Part shown: piece after piece, positions 43,585 through 53,660 of the stretch
Numbering within the stretch: position 1 is the first letter of the stretch
Layout of the letters: the number at the start of each line of letters is the position of its first letter
Source: Gemmatimonadales bacterium
GTDB taxonomy: Bacteria; Gemmatimonadota; Gemmatimonadetes; Gemmatimonadales; GWC2-71-9
Direction: 5' to 3'
NCBI GenBank assembly: GCA_049680185.1
Contig: JBAUHI010000032.1
Coordinates: 3,767 to 67,766, forward strand
DNA: 64,000 bases
The notes under the pieces: generated by a model
The model's input: only the letters and a program-made list of their open reading frames with translations
The model's database searches: none
What the model was told of the DNA's origin: nothing
Program-made: the position numbers and the translations under genes

Positions 43585-44034
43585 ATGACACCAGAGTCCG
43601 GCCCACTCGGCGTGCGTCTCACCGCTTCCCAGCGGCGGCGCCTGACCGTGGCACTGAGCAGGGCGGAGGACGCACTCGACGCTGTCCGCCACGCCAGCAC
43701 CGCGTCGGAACCGCTCCGGCTCAGCGAGGAAGCGGCCGACGTGCCGGATGGGTTCCCCGGCCCCCTGCGTGCCTTGGCGCACGGTCTTGAGGAGGAGATC
43801 CGCGGCCTGGCGGATGGTCTGGGCCTGTCGCCGCTCACCTCATCGCGCCGGCGGCATCTCCTGTCCTTGTGCACCACCGGGGCCATCGGACTCTACGAGA
43901 GCCGGACGCGCGGACTCCGCGGCTATGGTGCGGTGGATCCGTTGATGGGCGAGGTCGTGGATCCGGTGCTGTCACGGATCGAGAACGGACTCTACCAGAT
44001 CGCCGAGGCATTGAGCGATCGAACGGAGGGATGA
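43585..44034 (+). CDS. hypothetical protein
   Basis: 149-aa ORF. Its stop overlaps the next ATG as ATGA. No motif recognised. Confidence 0.5.
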   Translation: MTPESGPLGVRLTASQRRRLTVALSRAEDALDAVRHASTASEPLRLSEEAADVPDGFPGPLRALAHGLEEEIRGLADGLGLSPLTSSRRRHLLSLCTTGAIGLYESRTRGLRGYGAVDPLMGEVVDPVLSRIENGLYQIAEALSDRTEG

Positions 44035-44414
44035 TGCACGGGATCAAGGGTGAGCAGACGCTGATGCGGATCCATCTCGGCGAACGGGACAAGTGGAAGG
44101 GCAAGCCCCTTCACGAGGCCATCGTCGAGCTCCTGCGTGCCCGTGGTTTTGCCGGCGCCACGGTGTTCCGCGCCGTGATGGGGTTCGGCGCCAGCTCCCA
44201 CATCCGGAGCGACAAGATCGAACTCCTGTCGATGGACCTCCCGCTCGTGGTCGAATGCGTCGACACTGAGGAGCATATCCAGGGTATCCTCCCCGAACTC
44301 GACGGGATGATCGGCGGCGGGCTCATCACCCTCGAACGGGCGCGCGTCATCATGTACCGCGCCGACCTGCCGCCCGAGCAGCGCACCGACAGCTGGCCCA
44401 TCGACCGGATCTGA
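44031..44414 (+). CDS. DUF190 (PII-like fold) protein
   Basis: ATG 44031 (MMHGIKGEQTLMRIHLGERDKWKGKPLHEAIVELLRARGFAGATVFRAVMGFG) matches the DUF190 pattern. Confidence 0.7.
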   Translation: MMHGIKGEQTLMRIHLGERDKWKGKPLHEAIVELLRARGFAGATVFRAVMGFGASSHIRSDKIELLSMDLPLVVECVDTEEHIQGILPELDGMIGGGLITLERARVIMYRADLPPEQRTDSWPIDRI

Positions 44415-44532
44415 CCGTTACAGCACCTGGTCGAGCAGGGCGATTTGCAGATGGCTAGATTGCTGACCGCCGGCTATGTCCCGCTTGTCGCTTCTCGTTT
44501 CCCCTGACCCCAACCTCCGACCCCCGACCCCC

Positions 44533-44979
44533 ATGAAGACCGCCACCATCGATACCGCCCGCGGCGTCATCACCGCCGAACTCTTTGCCGACGAGACGCC
44601 CAAGACCGTCGCGAACTTCGAGAAGCTCGCCAACGACGGCTTTTACGACGGGACCCGCTTCCATCGTGTCATCCCGAACTTCGTCATCCAAGGGGGCGAC
44701 CCGCTCTCCAAGGATCCGAACAACCCGCGCGTCGGCACCGGCGGCCCCGGCTACACCATCAAGTGCGAGACCGACCGGAACACCCACAAGCACGTTGCCG
44801 GCACGATGTCGATGGCGCATGCGGGCCGCGACACCGGCGGCAGCCAGTTCTTCATTGCCCACGGACCTCAGCCCCACCTCGACAAGGTCCACACGGTGTT
44901 CGGCCAGGTCACCTCGGGGATGGACGTGGTCAACGCCATCAAGCCCAATGACGTGGTGAACTCCATCCGCGTCGTCTGA
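44533..44979 (+). CDS. peptidyl-prolyl cis-trans isomerase (cyclophilin type)
   Basis: ATG 44533. Contains [30 protein letters not shown] and [12 protein letters not shown]. Confidence 0.9.
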   Translation: MKTATIDTARGVITAELFADETPKTVANFEKLANDGFYDGTRFHRVIPNFVIQGGDPLSKDPNNPRVGTGGPGYTIKCETDRNTHKHVAGTMSMAHAGRDTGGSQFFIAHGPQPHLDKVHTVFGQVTSGMDVVNAIKPNDVVNSIRVV

Positions 44980-45398
44980 TGCAGATCGTCCTGGCCTCCC
45001 TCGCCGATTACGCGCTGGTGGATCAGCAGGGCCGGCTTTCAGTGATCGGGATCTTCAGCCAGGTGTGGGTCTCCCAATTCCCCGCCGAGCACCGGCGGAC
45101 CCACCTCGTCATCCGGGTCATCGGCCGGCGGACCGAGATCGGCGAGCACAAGATCAGGATCCGTTTCCTCGACCCGGACGCCCGGGAGCTCCTGGGCGGC
45201 GAAGGGACCTTCCGCTTCGGTGAGCCGCCGGCCGGTGTCACCTTCGTCGAGGCCGCCGTCATCCTGGCGTATGACCTCCCGCTCCCGCGGGCGGGCCGCT
45301 ACGATGTCGAACTCACCCTCGACGCCGGCGAGTCCACACACCTTCCACTCACCGCGGCGTTGGTCCCGGCACCGGCCGCCCGATCTCCAGACGCATGA
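44979..45398 (+). CDS. hypothetical protein
   Basis: 139-aa ORF, TGATG-coupled to the PPIase gene. Beta-rich sequence with no motif I can name confidently. Confidence 0.5.
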   Translation: MQIVLASLADYALVDQQGRLSVIGIFSQVWVSQFPAEHRRTHLVIRVIGRRTEIGEHKIRIRFLDPDARELLGGEGTFRFGEPPAGVTFVEAAVILAYDLPLPRAGRYDVELTLDAGESTHLPLTAALVPAPAARSPDA

Positions 45399-45429
45399 AG
45401 GGACCCTAAAGGCTTGTCATTGCTGTACT

Positions 45430-45458
45430 TTGACAAACACCAACGGGCCTCGTAGACT
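45430..45458 (+). promoter_or_regulatory. sigma-70-type promoter upstream of the FadL-family gene
   Basis: TTGACA at 45430-45435, exactly 17 nt, TAGACT at 45453-45458, in an AT-richer gap about 60 nt upstream of ATG 45520. Confidence 0.55.
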
Positions 45459-45519
45459 AACGTTGCGGGGCCAAAAGTTCGCCATTCGTACTCGCTACAT
45501 TTTCCCTTGGAGTCACTCT

Positions 45520-46887
45520 ATGCGACGGTACCAGGTCTGGATGGCCGCCGGGATCTTCGCGGGCACCGCGCTCGCCGCGGCCCCCTCGCGCGTGGTCGCG
45601 CAGGGCTACGGTCTGTACGAGCACGATGCGTGCGCCATGGCCCGTGCCGGCACCGGCGTCGCGGCGCCCTGCGCGGATGGGTCGGCGATGTTCTTCAACC
45701 CCGCCGGACTCGCTGACATCTCCGGCAAGGTCGCCACCGTCGGTGGCGTCCTGATCAACACCTCCGGCAATTTTACGGCGGACGCCACGGGCAAGGTCAG
45801 CGACCTGACCGACGGCCACTACCCGGCGCCCAACGTCTACCTCGCGATGCCGCTCGGTACCAGCAAGTATGCCATCGGCCTGGGTCTCTTTGCCCCGTAC
45901 GGCCTGACGACGGAGTGGCCCACGACCGCCGCCGGCCGCTTCGACGGCTACAAGAGCAAGATCCAGAGCATCTACCTGCAGCCCACCATCGCAATGAAGC
46001 TGAACGACCGGTGGAACTTCGGCGCAGGGTTCGACCTCAACTTCATGAGCCTGGAGCTGGACCAGCGCCTCGACCTGTCGAGCCAGCAGGCCGCGCCCGG
46101 AGTCACCTTCGCCATGCTCGGCATACCGGCGGGCACCGACTTCGGCTCCGCCAGCCTCTCGGGCAACGGCACCGGCGTCGGCTACCACCTCGGCGTCCAG
46201 TTCAAAGCCTCGGATCGGGTCTCCTTCGGCCTCCGTTACATGTCGCGCCAGCTGGTGAAGTTCACCAGCGCCACGGCGAACTTCACTCAGGTGCCCACCG
46301 GGATCCTCCTGCCGGGCGGCAACCCATTCGGCGTACCCGCCGGGACCCCGCTCGACGCACTCGTGGCGGGCCAGTTCCTGCCAGACAGCGCGCTTTCGAG
46401 CCAGGGCGGCAGTACCTACCTCCGCATCCCGGAGCAGTTGGTGCTGGGCACTGCGTACAAGATCACTCCCAAGCTGACCGGGCTCTTCGACCTTCAGTGG
46501 ACCAACTGGGCGGTGTTCGATACCCTCACGGTCAAACTGGATCGGGCGGGGACCGAGGTGCTCCCCCAGGACAACAGCGCGGTGATCGACTGGCGGCTCG
46601 GCGGTGAGTACCAGCTCAACCCGTCGACCGTGTTGCGCGCCGGGATCCTGGCCCACAAGGGCGCCTCTCCCGACCAGAACGTGACGCCCAACCTCCCCGA
46701 AGGGAACCGGACCGAGCTCACGGCCGGCTTCGGCACCAAGCTCACGCCGATGCTCGGGTTCGATTTCGCGCTGCAATACATCGACCAAGCCGACCGCCGC
46801 GGACGATCCGGCCCGCCGGGACCCAACGACGGGCTCTACACGTTCAGCGCGTACCTGGTCGGTGCATCGTTCGTCTACCGCTTCTGA
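45520..46887 (+). CDS. outer-membrane hydrophobic-compound channel (OMPP1/FadL/TodX family)
   Basis: ATG 45520 (MRRYQVWMAAGIFAGTALAAAPS). FFNPAGLA near the N-terminus. Beta-barrel periodicity. C-terminal ...FVYRF. Confidence 0.8.
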   Translation: MRRYQVWMAAGIFAGTALAAAPSRVVAQGYGLYEHDACAMARAGTGVAAPCADGSAMFFNPAGLADISGKVATVGGVLINTSGNFTADATGKVSDLTDGHYPAPNVYLAMPLGTSKYAIGLGLFAPYGLTTEWPTTAAGRFDGYKSKIQSIYLQPTIAMKLNDRWNFGAGFDLNFMSLELDQRLDLSSQQAAPGVTFAMLGIPAGTDFGSASLSGNGTGVGYHLGVQFKASDRVSFGLRYMSRQLVKFTSATANFTQVPTGILLPGGNPFGVPAGTPLDALVAGQFLPDSALSSQGGSTYLRIPEQLVLGTAYKITPKLTGLFDLQWTNWAVFDTLTVKLDRAGTEVLPQDNSAVIDWRLGGEYQLNPSTVLRAGILAHKGASPDQNVTPNLPEGNRTELTAGFGTKLTPMLGFDFALQYIDQADRRGRSGPPGPNDGLYTFSAYLVGASFVYRF

Positions 46888-46903
46888 TCCGGAGACCCAA
46901 GCC

Positions 46904-48157
46904 ATGATGCGTCGTCATCTTCGTACCATCCTGGCCCTGGGCCTCATCGGGCTCACGGCCGGCTGCTTCAGCAACGAAAAGCTCAATTCCCCCTCGGCCC
47001 CCACCGGCGGCGCACTCTTCAGCCGGATGGTGTTCATGGGGAACAGCATCACCGCCGGCTTCCAGTCGGCGGGCATCAATGACAGCACCCAACGCCAGGG
47101 GTACGGGTTCCTCATCGCCCAGGCCGCAGGTGCACCGTATTACTACGCCTCACTGATGGGCCGCGGCTGTCCGGCACCATTCGATGACAACTCCACCCAG
47201 CACCGGGTAGGTGGCGGCGGGCCGGCCGACTGCGACCTCCGCTCGCCGGCGCCGCTCCCGTGGCTCAGCAACGTTGCGGTCCCCGGCGCACGGGCAGTCG
47301 AGACGTTCGACAACTTCGCCACACCGGTCTCGGCGTCGAACGCGCTCACCACGTTCATCCTCGGCGGCCGCACCCAGGTCCAGGCGATGCGCGCGGCGAA
47401 CCCCACGCTCGTGTCGGTTTGGATCGGCGCCAATGACGTGCTCGCCTCGCTCACCAACGGCGCCAACCCCGGCACCCCCCTGGCGGTCACATCCACCGCC
47501 ACCTTCGGTGCGCAGTACGACTCCCTGGCCGCCCAGCTTGACTCCACCGGTGCGAAGGTGGTGCTGATCGGCGTCCCGGACGTGACCAATATCCCGTACG
47601 CATCGTTCGGCGCCACGTATTGGTGCCTCAAGAACGCACCCGCATGCGGGCCGGCGTTCGGCGCGTCGTCACCCTTCCCGCCCACGTTCGCGGTCGACGT
47701 CAGCTGCGCCCCGAGCGCGGCCGTGCCGATCGAGGCGGGTGACTCGATCCTGGTACCCTGGACCGTCGGTGTGCCGCTTATCGGCGCCGCCGCACTGGGG
47801 GCGAGCGATACCCTCGACTGCTCGAACGACGTCGAGGTGGTGACACCGAGCGAGTTCGCCAATCTCAAGGCCGCGGTGGCGGCATTCAACGCCAAGATCT
47901 CGGCGACCGCCACGGCGCACGGGTGGGCCTACTTCGACCCCAACCCGACGCTCCTGGCGCTGCAGGCCGATCCGACGAAGGTGGCGCCGTTCCCGAGCCT
48001 GCCGGGGACTGCAGGGAATCCTGGACCCAACGTGTTGTTCGGGTCGATGTTCACGCTCGATGGCGTGCATCCGAGCGCCGCGGCGCACAAGATCATCGCC
48101 GATTCGCTGCTGTCGACCATCAACGCAAATTTCGGGACCTCTGTGCCACTGCCCTGA
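46904..48157 (+). CDS. SGNH/GDSL-family hydrolase lipoprotein
   Basis: ATG 46904 with GGAG upstream. Lipobox LTAGC. Block I FMGNSITAG. Block V LDGVHPSAAAH. Confidence 0.8.
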   Translation: MMRRHLRTILALGLIGLTAGCFSNEKLNSPSAPTGGALFSRMVFMGNSITAGFQSAGINDSTQRQGYGFLIAQAAGAPYYYASLMGRGCPAPFDDNSTQHRVGGGGPADCDLRSPAPLPWLSNVAVPGARAVETFDNFATPVSASNALTTFILGGRTQVQAMRAANPTLVSVWIGANDVLASLTNGANPGTPLAVTSTATFGAQYDSLAAQLDSTGAKVVLIGVPDVTNIPYASFGATYWCLKNAPACGPAFGASSPFPPTFAVDVSCAPSAAVPIEAGDSILVPWTVGVPLIGAAALGASDTLDCSNDVEVVTPSEFANLKAAVAAFNAKISATATAHGWAYFDPNPTLLALQADPTKVAPFPSLPGTAGNPGPNVLFGSMFTLDGVHPSAAAHKIIADSLLSTINANFGTSVPLP

Positions 48158-48177
48158 TCGAGCCGAACGCACATACG

Positions 48178-48217
48178 ACGCCCCGCGGACCGAGTGGTTC
48201 GCGGGGCGTTCGTTTCC
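48178..48217 (+). terminator. intrinsic terminator after the SGNH hydrolase gene
   Basis: Perfect 10-bp stem ACGCCCCGCG-12 nt-CGCGGGGCGT followed by TCGTTTCC. Confidence 0.6.
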
Positions 48218-48306
48218 GGTTAGAATCAGGGCGTGCAGGTAGGTCGCGGGGGCATGAGACCCACCCGCGACCTGCGACCCCTGACCGCCACCCGAGACCC
48301 GATCCC

Positions 48307-48882
48307 ATGCTCACCCGCCCTGCTGCCCTCGCCTTGATGCACGAATACACCGCCAACGAGGCCCTCCGCCGCCACATGTACGCGGTGGAGCTCGCGATGC
48401 GCGCAATGGCCCGGCGCGCCGGCGCCGATCAGGACGCCTGGGGCACCGTCGGCCTCCTCCACGACTTCGACTACGAGCGCTTCCCCAACGACGCACATTC
48501 CGCCACTGCAGAGCATCCAGCCGAGGGGGTTCGGATCCTGGCCGGACTGGGGGCACCGGAGGAGTGGCAGCAGGCGATCCTCGGCCACGCTGCCTACACT
48601 GGCGTTTCCCGCATCACACCAATGGCCATTGCGCTCTTCGCGGTGGATGAGCTGTCAGGATTCGTCGTGGCCTGTGCGCTCGTCCGCCCGTCCAGGAGCC
48701 TCAAGGACCTCGAGGTCGCAAGCGTCAAGAAGAAGCTCAAGGACAAGGGATTCGCGCGTGGCGTGAGCCGGGACGACATCACCACCGGCGCCGCAGAGCT
48801 CGCGGTGCCGCTGGAGGAACTCATCGCGATCGTGCTGGAAGCGCTCCGCCCCGACGAGCAGCTGCTGGGATTGGGCATGTGA
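48307..48882 (+). CDS. HD-domain phosphohydrolase
   Basis: ATG 48307 (MLTRPAALALMHEY). HD motif GLLHDFDYERF. HPAEGVRIL. Confidence 0.8.
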   Translation: MLTRPAALALMHEYTANEALRRHMYAVELAMRAMARRAGADQDAWGTVGLLHDFDYERFPNDAHSATAEHPAEGVRILAGLGAPEEWQQAILGHAAYTGVSRITPMAIALFAVDELSGFVVACALVRPSRSLKDLEVASVKKKLKDKGFARGVSRDDITTGAAELAVPLEELIAIVLEALRPDEQLLGLGM

Positions 48883-50327
48883 CCGTGGTGCCGGATCCCC
48901 ACCCCGCCCAGGTCCCGCGGTCGCCGGAGCATCCATCCGACCAGCTCGTCACCCGGGCGCTCGACCGGGCCACCGGCTCGCGGGCCATCCCCGGTAATCG
49001 AGTCGATCTGCTGCTCGATGGTCCGGTGGCGTATCCCGTGATGCTGGACCTGATCGCACGGGCGCGGCAGTGGATCCATTTCGAGAACTACATCATCCAT
49101 GACGACCCGACGGGCTGGCGGTTCGCCGAGGCACTCGCCGAGCGTGCGCGCGCAGGCGTCCGGGTCCGGGTACTCGCCGATTGGCTTGGGTCGCACGGGA
49201 CCGGTCGGAACTATTGGAACTTCCTGCGCAATGCTGGCGCCGAGGTCCGGCTATTTGGCCCGCCACGCTGGGACCTCTTTCGCAACTTCCTGCGCGATCA
49301 TCGCAAACTGGTGAGCGTCGACGGCGTTTCGGCAGTGACCGGTGGCCTCTGCATCGGCGATGAATGGGCGGGACGTCTGGATCGCGGAGTCCAACCCTGG
49401 CGCGACACGGCGGTCCGGATCGACGGACCGGCGGTCCCCGCCCTCGAGAATGCCTTTGCCCGCACCTGGTCGGCTGCCGGGGGCCAGATCGCTCCGACGG
49501 AGGGAATGTCGACGCAGGCCGAACAGGGCGATGCGGCCGTCCGAGTCATTGCCGGTGAGCCCGGCCAGGCCCGTTCCTACCGCACCATCCAGCTCCTCGT
49601 GGCCGGCGCCGCGGATCGGATCTGGATCACTGACGCCTATCTGGTGCTGCCACCGCCGATGTTGCAGGGTCTCCTCGACGCGGCCGGCGGCGGAGCCGAT
49701 GTTCGACTCCTCGTCCCCGGTGCCAGCGACCTGCCCATCGTCCGGAACCTGACCCGCACGGGCTACCGCGACCTTCTGAATGCCGGCGTGCGCATCCTGG
49801 AGTGGGGCGGACCGATGCTGCACGCCAAGTCCCTGGTCGTTGACGGGCGGTTCGGGCGGGTCGGGAGCAGCAACCTCAACGCATCCAGCCTGCTGGGCAA
49901 CTACGAGCTCGATGTGTTGATCGAAGATCGGGAATTCTGCGTGGCGCTCGAGGCCCAGTTCCGCATCGATTCGTCCCGCAGCTCGGAGATCATCCTCCGC
50001 CCTCGCCGGGGGCCGGAGCGCCTGCGGCCCTACCTTCCCCCCGCCTTCGCGCGGGTGCCGGGCCCCGAGGGCGCGCAACATCCACCCCTCGGCCCGCACG
50101 TGCGCACGCCGATGGAACGACGCGGGCGCACGGCGGTCCTCTTGCGTACCGTGGCCAGTGCAGCACGGCGGTCGATCTACGGGCCGCTGTTGCTCGCGTT
50201 CGTACTGCTGGCAGGGGTCGCACTCCTGCTCCCGCACGTCATTGCCTGGGGCGTGGGCATCCTTTCCTTATATCTCTCGGCTGCCGCCGCGACGGAGCTT
50301 TTCCGCCGGCGCCGCCGGGAGGGGTGA
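48879..50327 (+). CDS. phospholipase D / cardiolipin synthase-like protein
   Basis: Two HKD motifs, HRKLVSVDG and LHAKSLVVDG..GSSNLN. C-terminal TM helices. The GTG start overlaps the upstream stop. Confidence 0.85.
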   Translation: MTVVPDPHPAQVPRSPEHPSDQLVTRALDRATGSRAIPGNRVDLLLDGPVAYPVMLDLIARARQWIHFENYIIHDDPTGWRFAEALAERARAGVRVRVLADWLGSHGTGRNYWNFLRNAGAEVRLFGPPRWDLFRNFLRDHRKLVSVDGVSAVTGGLCIGDEWAGRLDRGVQPWRDTAVRIDGPAVPALENAFARTWSAAGGQIAPTEGMSTQAEQGDAAVRVIAGEPGQARSYRTIQLLVAGAADRIWITDAYLVLPPPMLQGLLDAAGGGADVRLLVPGASDLPIVRNLTRTGYRDLLNAGVRILEWGGPMLHAKSLVVDGRFGRVGSSNLNASSLLGNYELDVLIEDREFCVALEAQFRIDSSRSSEIILRPRRGPERLRPYLPPAFARVPGPEGAQHPPLGPHVRTPMERRGRTAVLLRTVASAARRSIYGPLLLAFVLLAGVALLLPHVIAWGVGILSLYLSAAAATELFRRRRREG

Positions 50328-50343
50328 CAAGGACCCTCAACGG

Positions 50344-50913
50344 ATGCCGCCAGCGCTGCGTACTACGACGGTGACAGACGCCGACCTCGCCGCCCGGGCC
50401 GCCCGGGGAGATGCCGACGCCTTCGGCGAGCTTATCACGCGGTACACCGCCGTGGCTCGACGACTGGCCCGTGCGGCGCTCGGCAACCACGATGACGGCG
50501 ATGACGCAGCGCAGGACGGCTTCCTGGCGGCGTGGCAGAACATCGACAAGTACGACGCGACCCGGCCGTTCGGGCCCTGGCTCTTGAGGATCGTGGTGAA
50601 CCGGGCGCGTGATCTCGGCCGGCGGCGGAAAGTGCGGCAGACCGACGAGATCCCGACCGACCGGGCGACCGAGGTCCCGAGCCCGGAACGGGAGACCGAC
50701 CGGGCGCTCCTGCGGGAGCAGTTGGCGGAGGCGCTGGACCGACTCCCCGAGCGACAACGGGTCGCGATCACCCTCTTCGACGGCGAGGGCTACCCCCACG
50801 CCGAGATCGCCAGGATGCTGGATGTACCCGAAGGGACCGTGCGGTCGGATGTCTTCCACGCGCGGCGAACGCTGCGCGAGGCCCTGGGCCAGTGGCAAGG
50901 AGGAACAGCATGA
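50344..50913 (+). CDS. ECF RNA polymerase sigma factor
   Basis: ATG 50344. Contains DAAQDGFLAAWQNIDKYD, WLLRIVVNRARDLGRRR and YPHAEIARMLDVPEGTVRSDVFHAR. Confidence 0.85.
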   Translation: MPPALRTTTVTDADLAARAARGDADAFGELITRYTAVARRLARAALGNHDDGDDAAQDGFLAAWQNIDKYDATRPFGPWLLRIVVNRARDLGRRRKVRQTDEIPTDRATEVPSPERETDRALLREQLAEALDRLPERQRVAITLFDGEGYPHAEIARMLDVPEGTVRSDVFHARRTLREALGQWQGGTA

Positions 50914-51227
50914 TCGACAATCCGTTCGATGCGGGCCCCGACGAGGCGCTCGGCGCCCTGCTCCGGGAAACGTTGTCGCGGGGCGATGATGCCGTGTTCG
51001 TGGCACGCGTCCGTCGCGACCTGCCCGCGGTGCAGGTGGGCGCGTGGGACCTCCTGGCCCGCTGGATGCGGCCTGGTCTCGTGGCCGCGGCCTTGGTGGC
51101 GCTCGCGGCCGGGCTCTGGTTGTCGCAGGGGGCCACGACTGGGACCGTGTCCTCGGCCGACCTCTTTGCCTCGGCCGACCAGGCGCCGCCTGACGTGCTC
51201 CTCACGCTCAGCATGGAGGGACGATGA
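50910..51227 (+). CDS. putative anti-sigma factor, single-pass membrane protein
   Basis: ATGA overlap with the sigma gene. 105 aa with one TM helix (LVAAALVALAAGLWL). The role is inferred from position. Confidence 0.55.
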   Translation: MIDNPFDAGPDEALGALLRETLSRGDDAVFVARVRRDLPAVQVGAWDLLARWMRPGLVAAALVALAAGLWLSQGATTGTVSSADLFASADQAPPDVLLTLSMEGR

Positions 51228-51610
51228 CCGGTACCGAGGGACCGAGGCGGACCTCGCGCCTGGGCGCGGCACTCCTGCTTGCCGCCGTATTCGTGGCGGG
51301 GGCCATCGCGGGGGGCGCTCTCGAGGCGGCGCACACATTGGGGCCGCGGCATCCACCACGTGGACCGGATGGTTTTGTGCGCCACTTGGCCGATGAGCTG
51401 ACGTTGAGCGCGCCGCAGCAGGACAGCGTGCGGGCCATCCTGCAGCGCCACAAGCCGCAGATGGACTCCGCATGGGCAGAGATGCGCCCGCGGGTTGAAA
51501 CTTTGCGGCAGACCATTCGTTCGGAGATCGCCGCACAGCTCGACAGCACGCAACGGGTGAAGTTCGACGACTTGAACCGCCGGGATGCAGCACGGCGACC
51601 GGGACAATGA
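51224..51610 (+). CDS. periplasmic Spy/CpxP-family (LTxxQ) protein
   Basis: ATGA overlap. Signal-anchor. LTLSAPQQDSVRAILQRH is an LTxxQ motif in a helical repeat. Confidence 0.65.
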   Translation: MTGTEGPRRTSRLGAALLLAAVFVAGAIAGGALEAAHTLGPRHPPRGPDGFVRHLADELTLSAPQQDSVRAILQRHKPQMDSAWAEMRPRVETLRQTIRSEIAAQLDSTQRVKFDDLNRRDAARRPGQ

Positions 51611-52908
51611 CCGACGTGAATCTCAATCGACTCCTCTTCGCTCCGGCGCTCCTGGCCACGCTTGCCGTCCCTGCCGCCGCCCAGCAGCGCAGTGTGACGC
51701 TCTCCGAGGCCATCGCGATGGCGCAGCGGGTGCAGGTGAACCTTCTGGCCGCACAGGGCGCGGTGCGGACCGCCGCCGCCGCCAAGACCGCCGTGGTAGG
51801 CGAGTACCTGCCGAACGTGAACGCCAATGCATCTGGCAGCCATTCGTACTCGGAGTTCCAGACCGCTGCATCCAGCGGTCAGATCCTCAGCGGCACCAAC
51901 ACCACGGTGAGCACGGGACTCTCGGCGAGCATCGATCTCTTCACCGGCTTCCGCCGGGGAGCGGACATGGCGGCTGCGAAGGCGGGGCAACTCTCCGCCG
52001 CGGCCGGGGTGGTCAGCGCCAAGTATGTGGTGGTGGTGAACACCACGGCGGCCTTCATCGCGGCGCTCACCCAACGACAGCTCGTCTCCGTCGACTCCGT
52101 GGCGGTGGTGCTGACGCAGACCGAGCTCAAGGCCGCGACCGACAAGATGCGCGCCGGCGCCGCCACGAAAGGCGACTCGCTCACGGCCATGGTGGCGTTC
52201 GGCAACGCGCAGCTCTCGCTCGTCAACGCCCAGGCTGCCTTGGTGGGCGCCGAGGCGTCGCTCGCCCACATCATCGGACTCGACGGCCAGGCGTCTGCCC
52301 AGGATGACTCCGCCTACTACCTCGTGATCACCAACGTGGACACCGCTGCCATCCGTCGCGATGCCTTGGCGATGGCCCCTGTCCTCCAGGCGGCGGAGGC
52401 CAGCGCCGACGCGGCCCACGCCAACTTGCGAGCCGCGAAATCCGGGTATTGGCCGACTTTGTCGGCATCCGCAAACGCGAGTTGGTCAGGGAGCGAAGGC
52501 CAGAACTACGAGCTCCTTCCCAATCGGTCCGTTGGATTGCAGCTGAGCTGGCCGCTCTTCAACCGGTTCACCCGAGAACGGAATATCATCACCAACGAGG
52601 TGGCGGCCGAGATCGCCGACGCCACCGCGATCGATGCCCGCCGCCAGCTCAACGCCTCGCTGACCCAGGCCATCGCCTCCCTGCAAGCGGCCGGGATCAG
52701 CATCAGGATCGGCCAGATCAGCATTAGTTCGGCCGATGAGGCACTCAGGGTGGTACAAGAGCGCTACCGGGCCGGCGCCGCAACCATCGTGGATGTGATG
52801 ACCGCCCAAAGTTCGCTCAACTCCGCACAAGTCACCGTGCTTCAGGCCCGCTTCAGCTATCTCAACGCCAAAGCCGCCCTCGAGGCGCTGATCGGACGGT
52901 CGCTGTGA
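51607..52908 (+). CDS. TolC-family outer-membrane efflux protein
   Basis: 433 aa. Signal sequence. Duplicated coiled-coil/beta pattern. [11 protein letters not shown]-type N-terminus. ATGA overlap. Confidence 0.85.
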   Translation: MTDVNLNRLLFAPALLATLAVPAAAQQRSVTLSEAIAMAQRVQVNLLAAQGAVRTAAAAKTAVVGEYLPNVNANASGSHSYSEFQTAASSGQILSGTNTTVSTGLSASIDLFTGFRRGADMAAAKAGQLSAAAGVVSAKYVVVVNTTAAFIAALTQRQLVSVDSVAVVLTQTELKAATDKMRAGAATKGDSLTAMVAFGNAQLSLVNAQAALVGAEASLAHIIGLDGQASAQDDSAYYLVITNVDTAAIRRDALAMAPVLQAAEASADAAHANLRAAKSGYWPTLSASANASWSGSEGQNYELLPNRSVGLQLSWPLFNRFTRERNIITNEVAAEIADATAIDARRQLNASLTQAIASLQAAGISIRIGQISISSADEALRVVQERYRAGAATIVDVMTAQSSLNSAQVTVLQARFSYLNAKAALEALIGRSL

Positions 52909-53660
52909 GCGTTGATATCGACACCACCGCCGAACGGATGGCCCGACTCCCGGCCGATGTACCACGCGACGCGGTCATCGTGACCCGGAACCTCCAGCGC
53001 GAATACGTGATGGGCACCGAGGTCGTCCGGGCGCTCCGTGGCATCGACATGACGATCCGGAAGAACGAGTTCGTGGCCATCATGGGTCCGTCCGGGTCCG
53101 GCAAGTCGACGCTGATGAACATGATCGGCTGCCTGGACACGCCCTCCGCCGGAGAATATTGGCTCAACGGGCACCGCGTCTCCGAACTGGGGGATGACGC
53201 CCTGGCACAGATCCGGAACAAGGAGATCGGGTTCGTCTTCCAGACCTTCAACCTGCTCCCGCGCGCCACGGCACTCCAGAACGTGGAACTGCCGCTCGTC
53301 TACGCCGGGATGGGTGCCAAGGACCGGAAGGCCCAGGCCAGCGAGGCATTGCGGCGGGTACGCCTGGAGGATCGGATGGGGCACCGACCCAACGAACTGT
53401 CCGGCGGCCAGCGCCAGCGCGTTGCCATCGCGCGCGCGCTGGTCAACGTGCCGTCGATCCTCCTGGCCGATGAACCGACCGGCAACCTCGATTCACAGAC
53501 GGGCGTCGAGATCATGGCGCTCTTCAAGGACCTTCACAGCCAGGGCCAGACCATCGTCCTGGTGACCCACGAGCACGATATCGCGGAACAGGCGCTCCGT
53601 CAGATCCACATCCTGGACGGGCGTGTCAACCGCGACTTTGCCACCGAGAGGCCTTCCTGA
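52905..53660 (+). CDS. MacB/LolD-type ABC ATP-binding protein
   Basis: GTGA overlap. Contains [27 protein letters not shown] and [11 protein letters not shown]. Confidence 0.9.
   Translation: MSVDIDTTAERMARLPADVPRDAVIVTRNLQREYVMGTEVVRALRGIDMTIRKNEFVAIMGPSGSGKSTLMNMIGCLDTPSAGEYWLNGHRVSELGDDALAQIRNKEIGFVFQTFNLLPRATALQNVELPLVYAGMGAKDRKAQASEALRRVRLEDRMGHRPNELSGGQRQRVAIARALVNVPSILLADEPTGNLDSQTGVEIMALFKDLHSQGQTIVLVTHEHDIAEQALRQIHILDGRVNRDFATERPS

Noticed and set aside
44031-44414. DUF190 as a marker of a fluoride-resistance locus.
   Set aside because: No crcB or fluoride riboswitch-like sequence is adjacent, so no such claim can be supported here.
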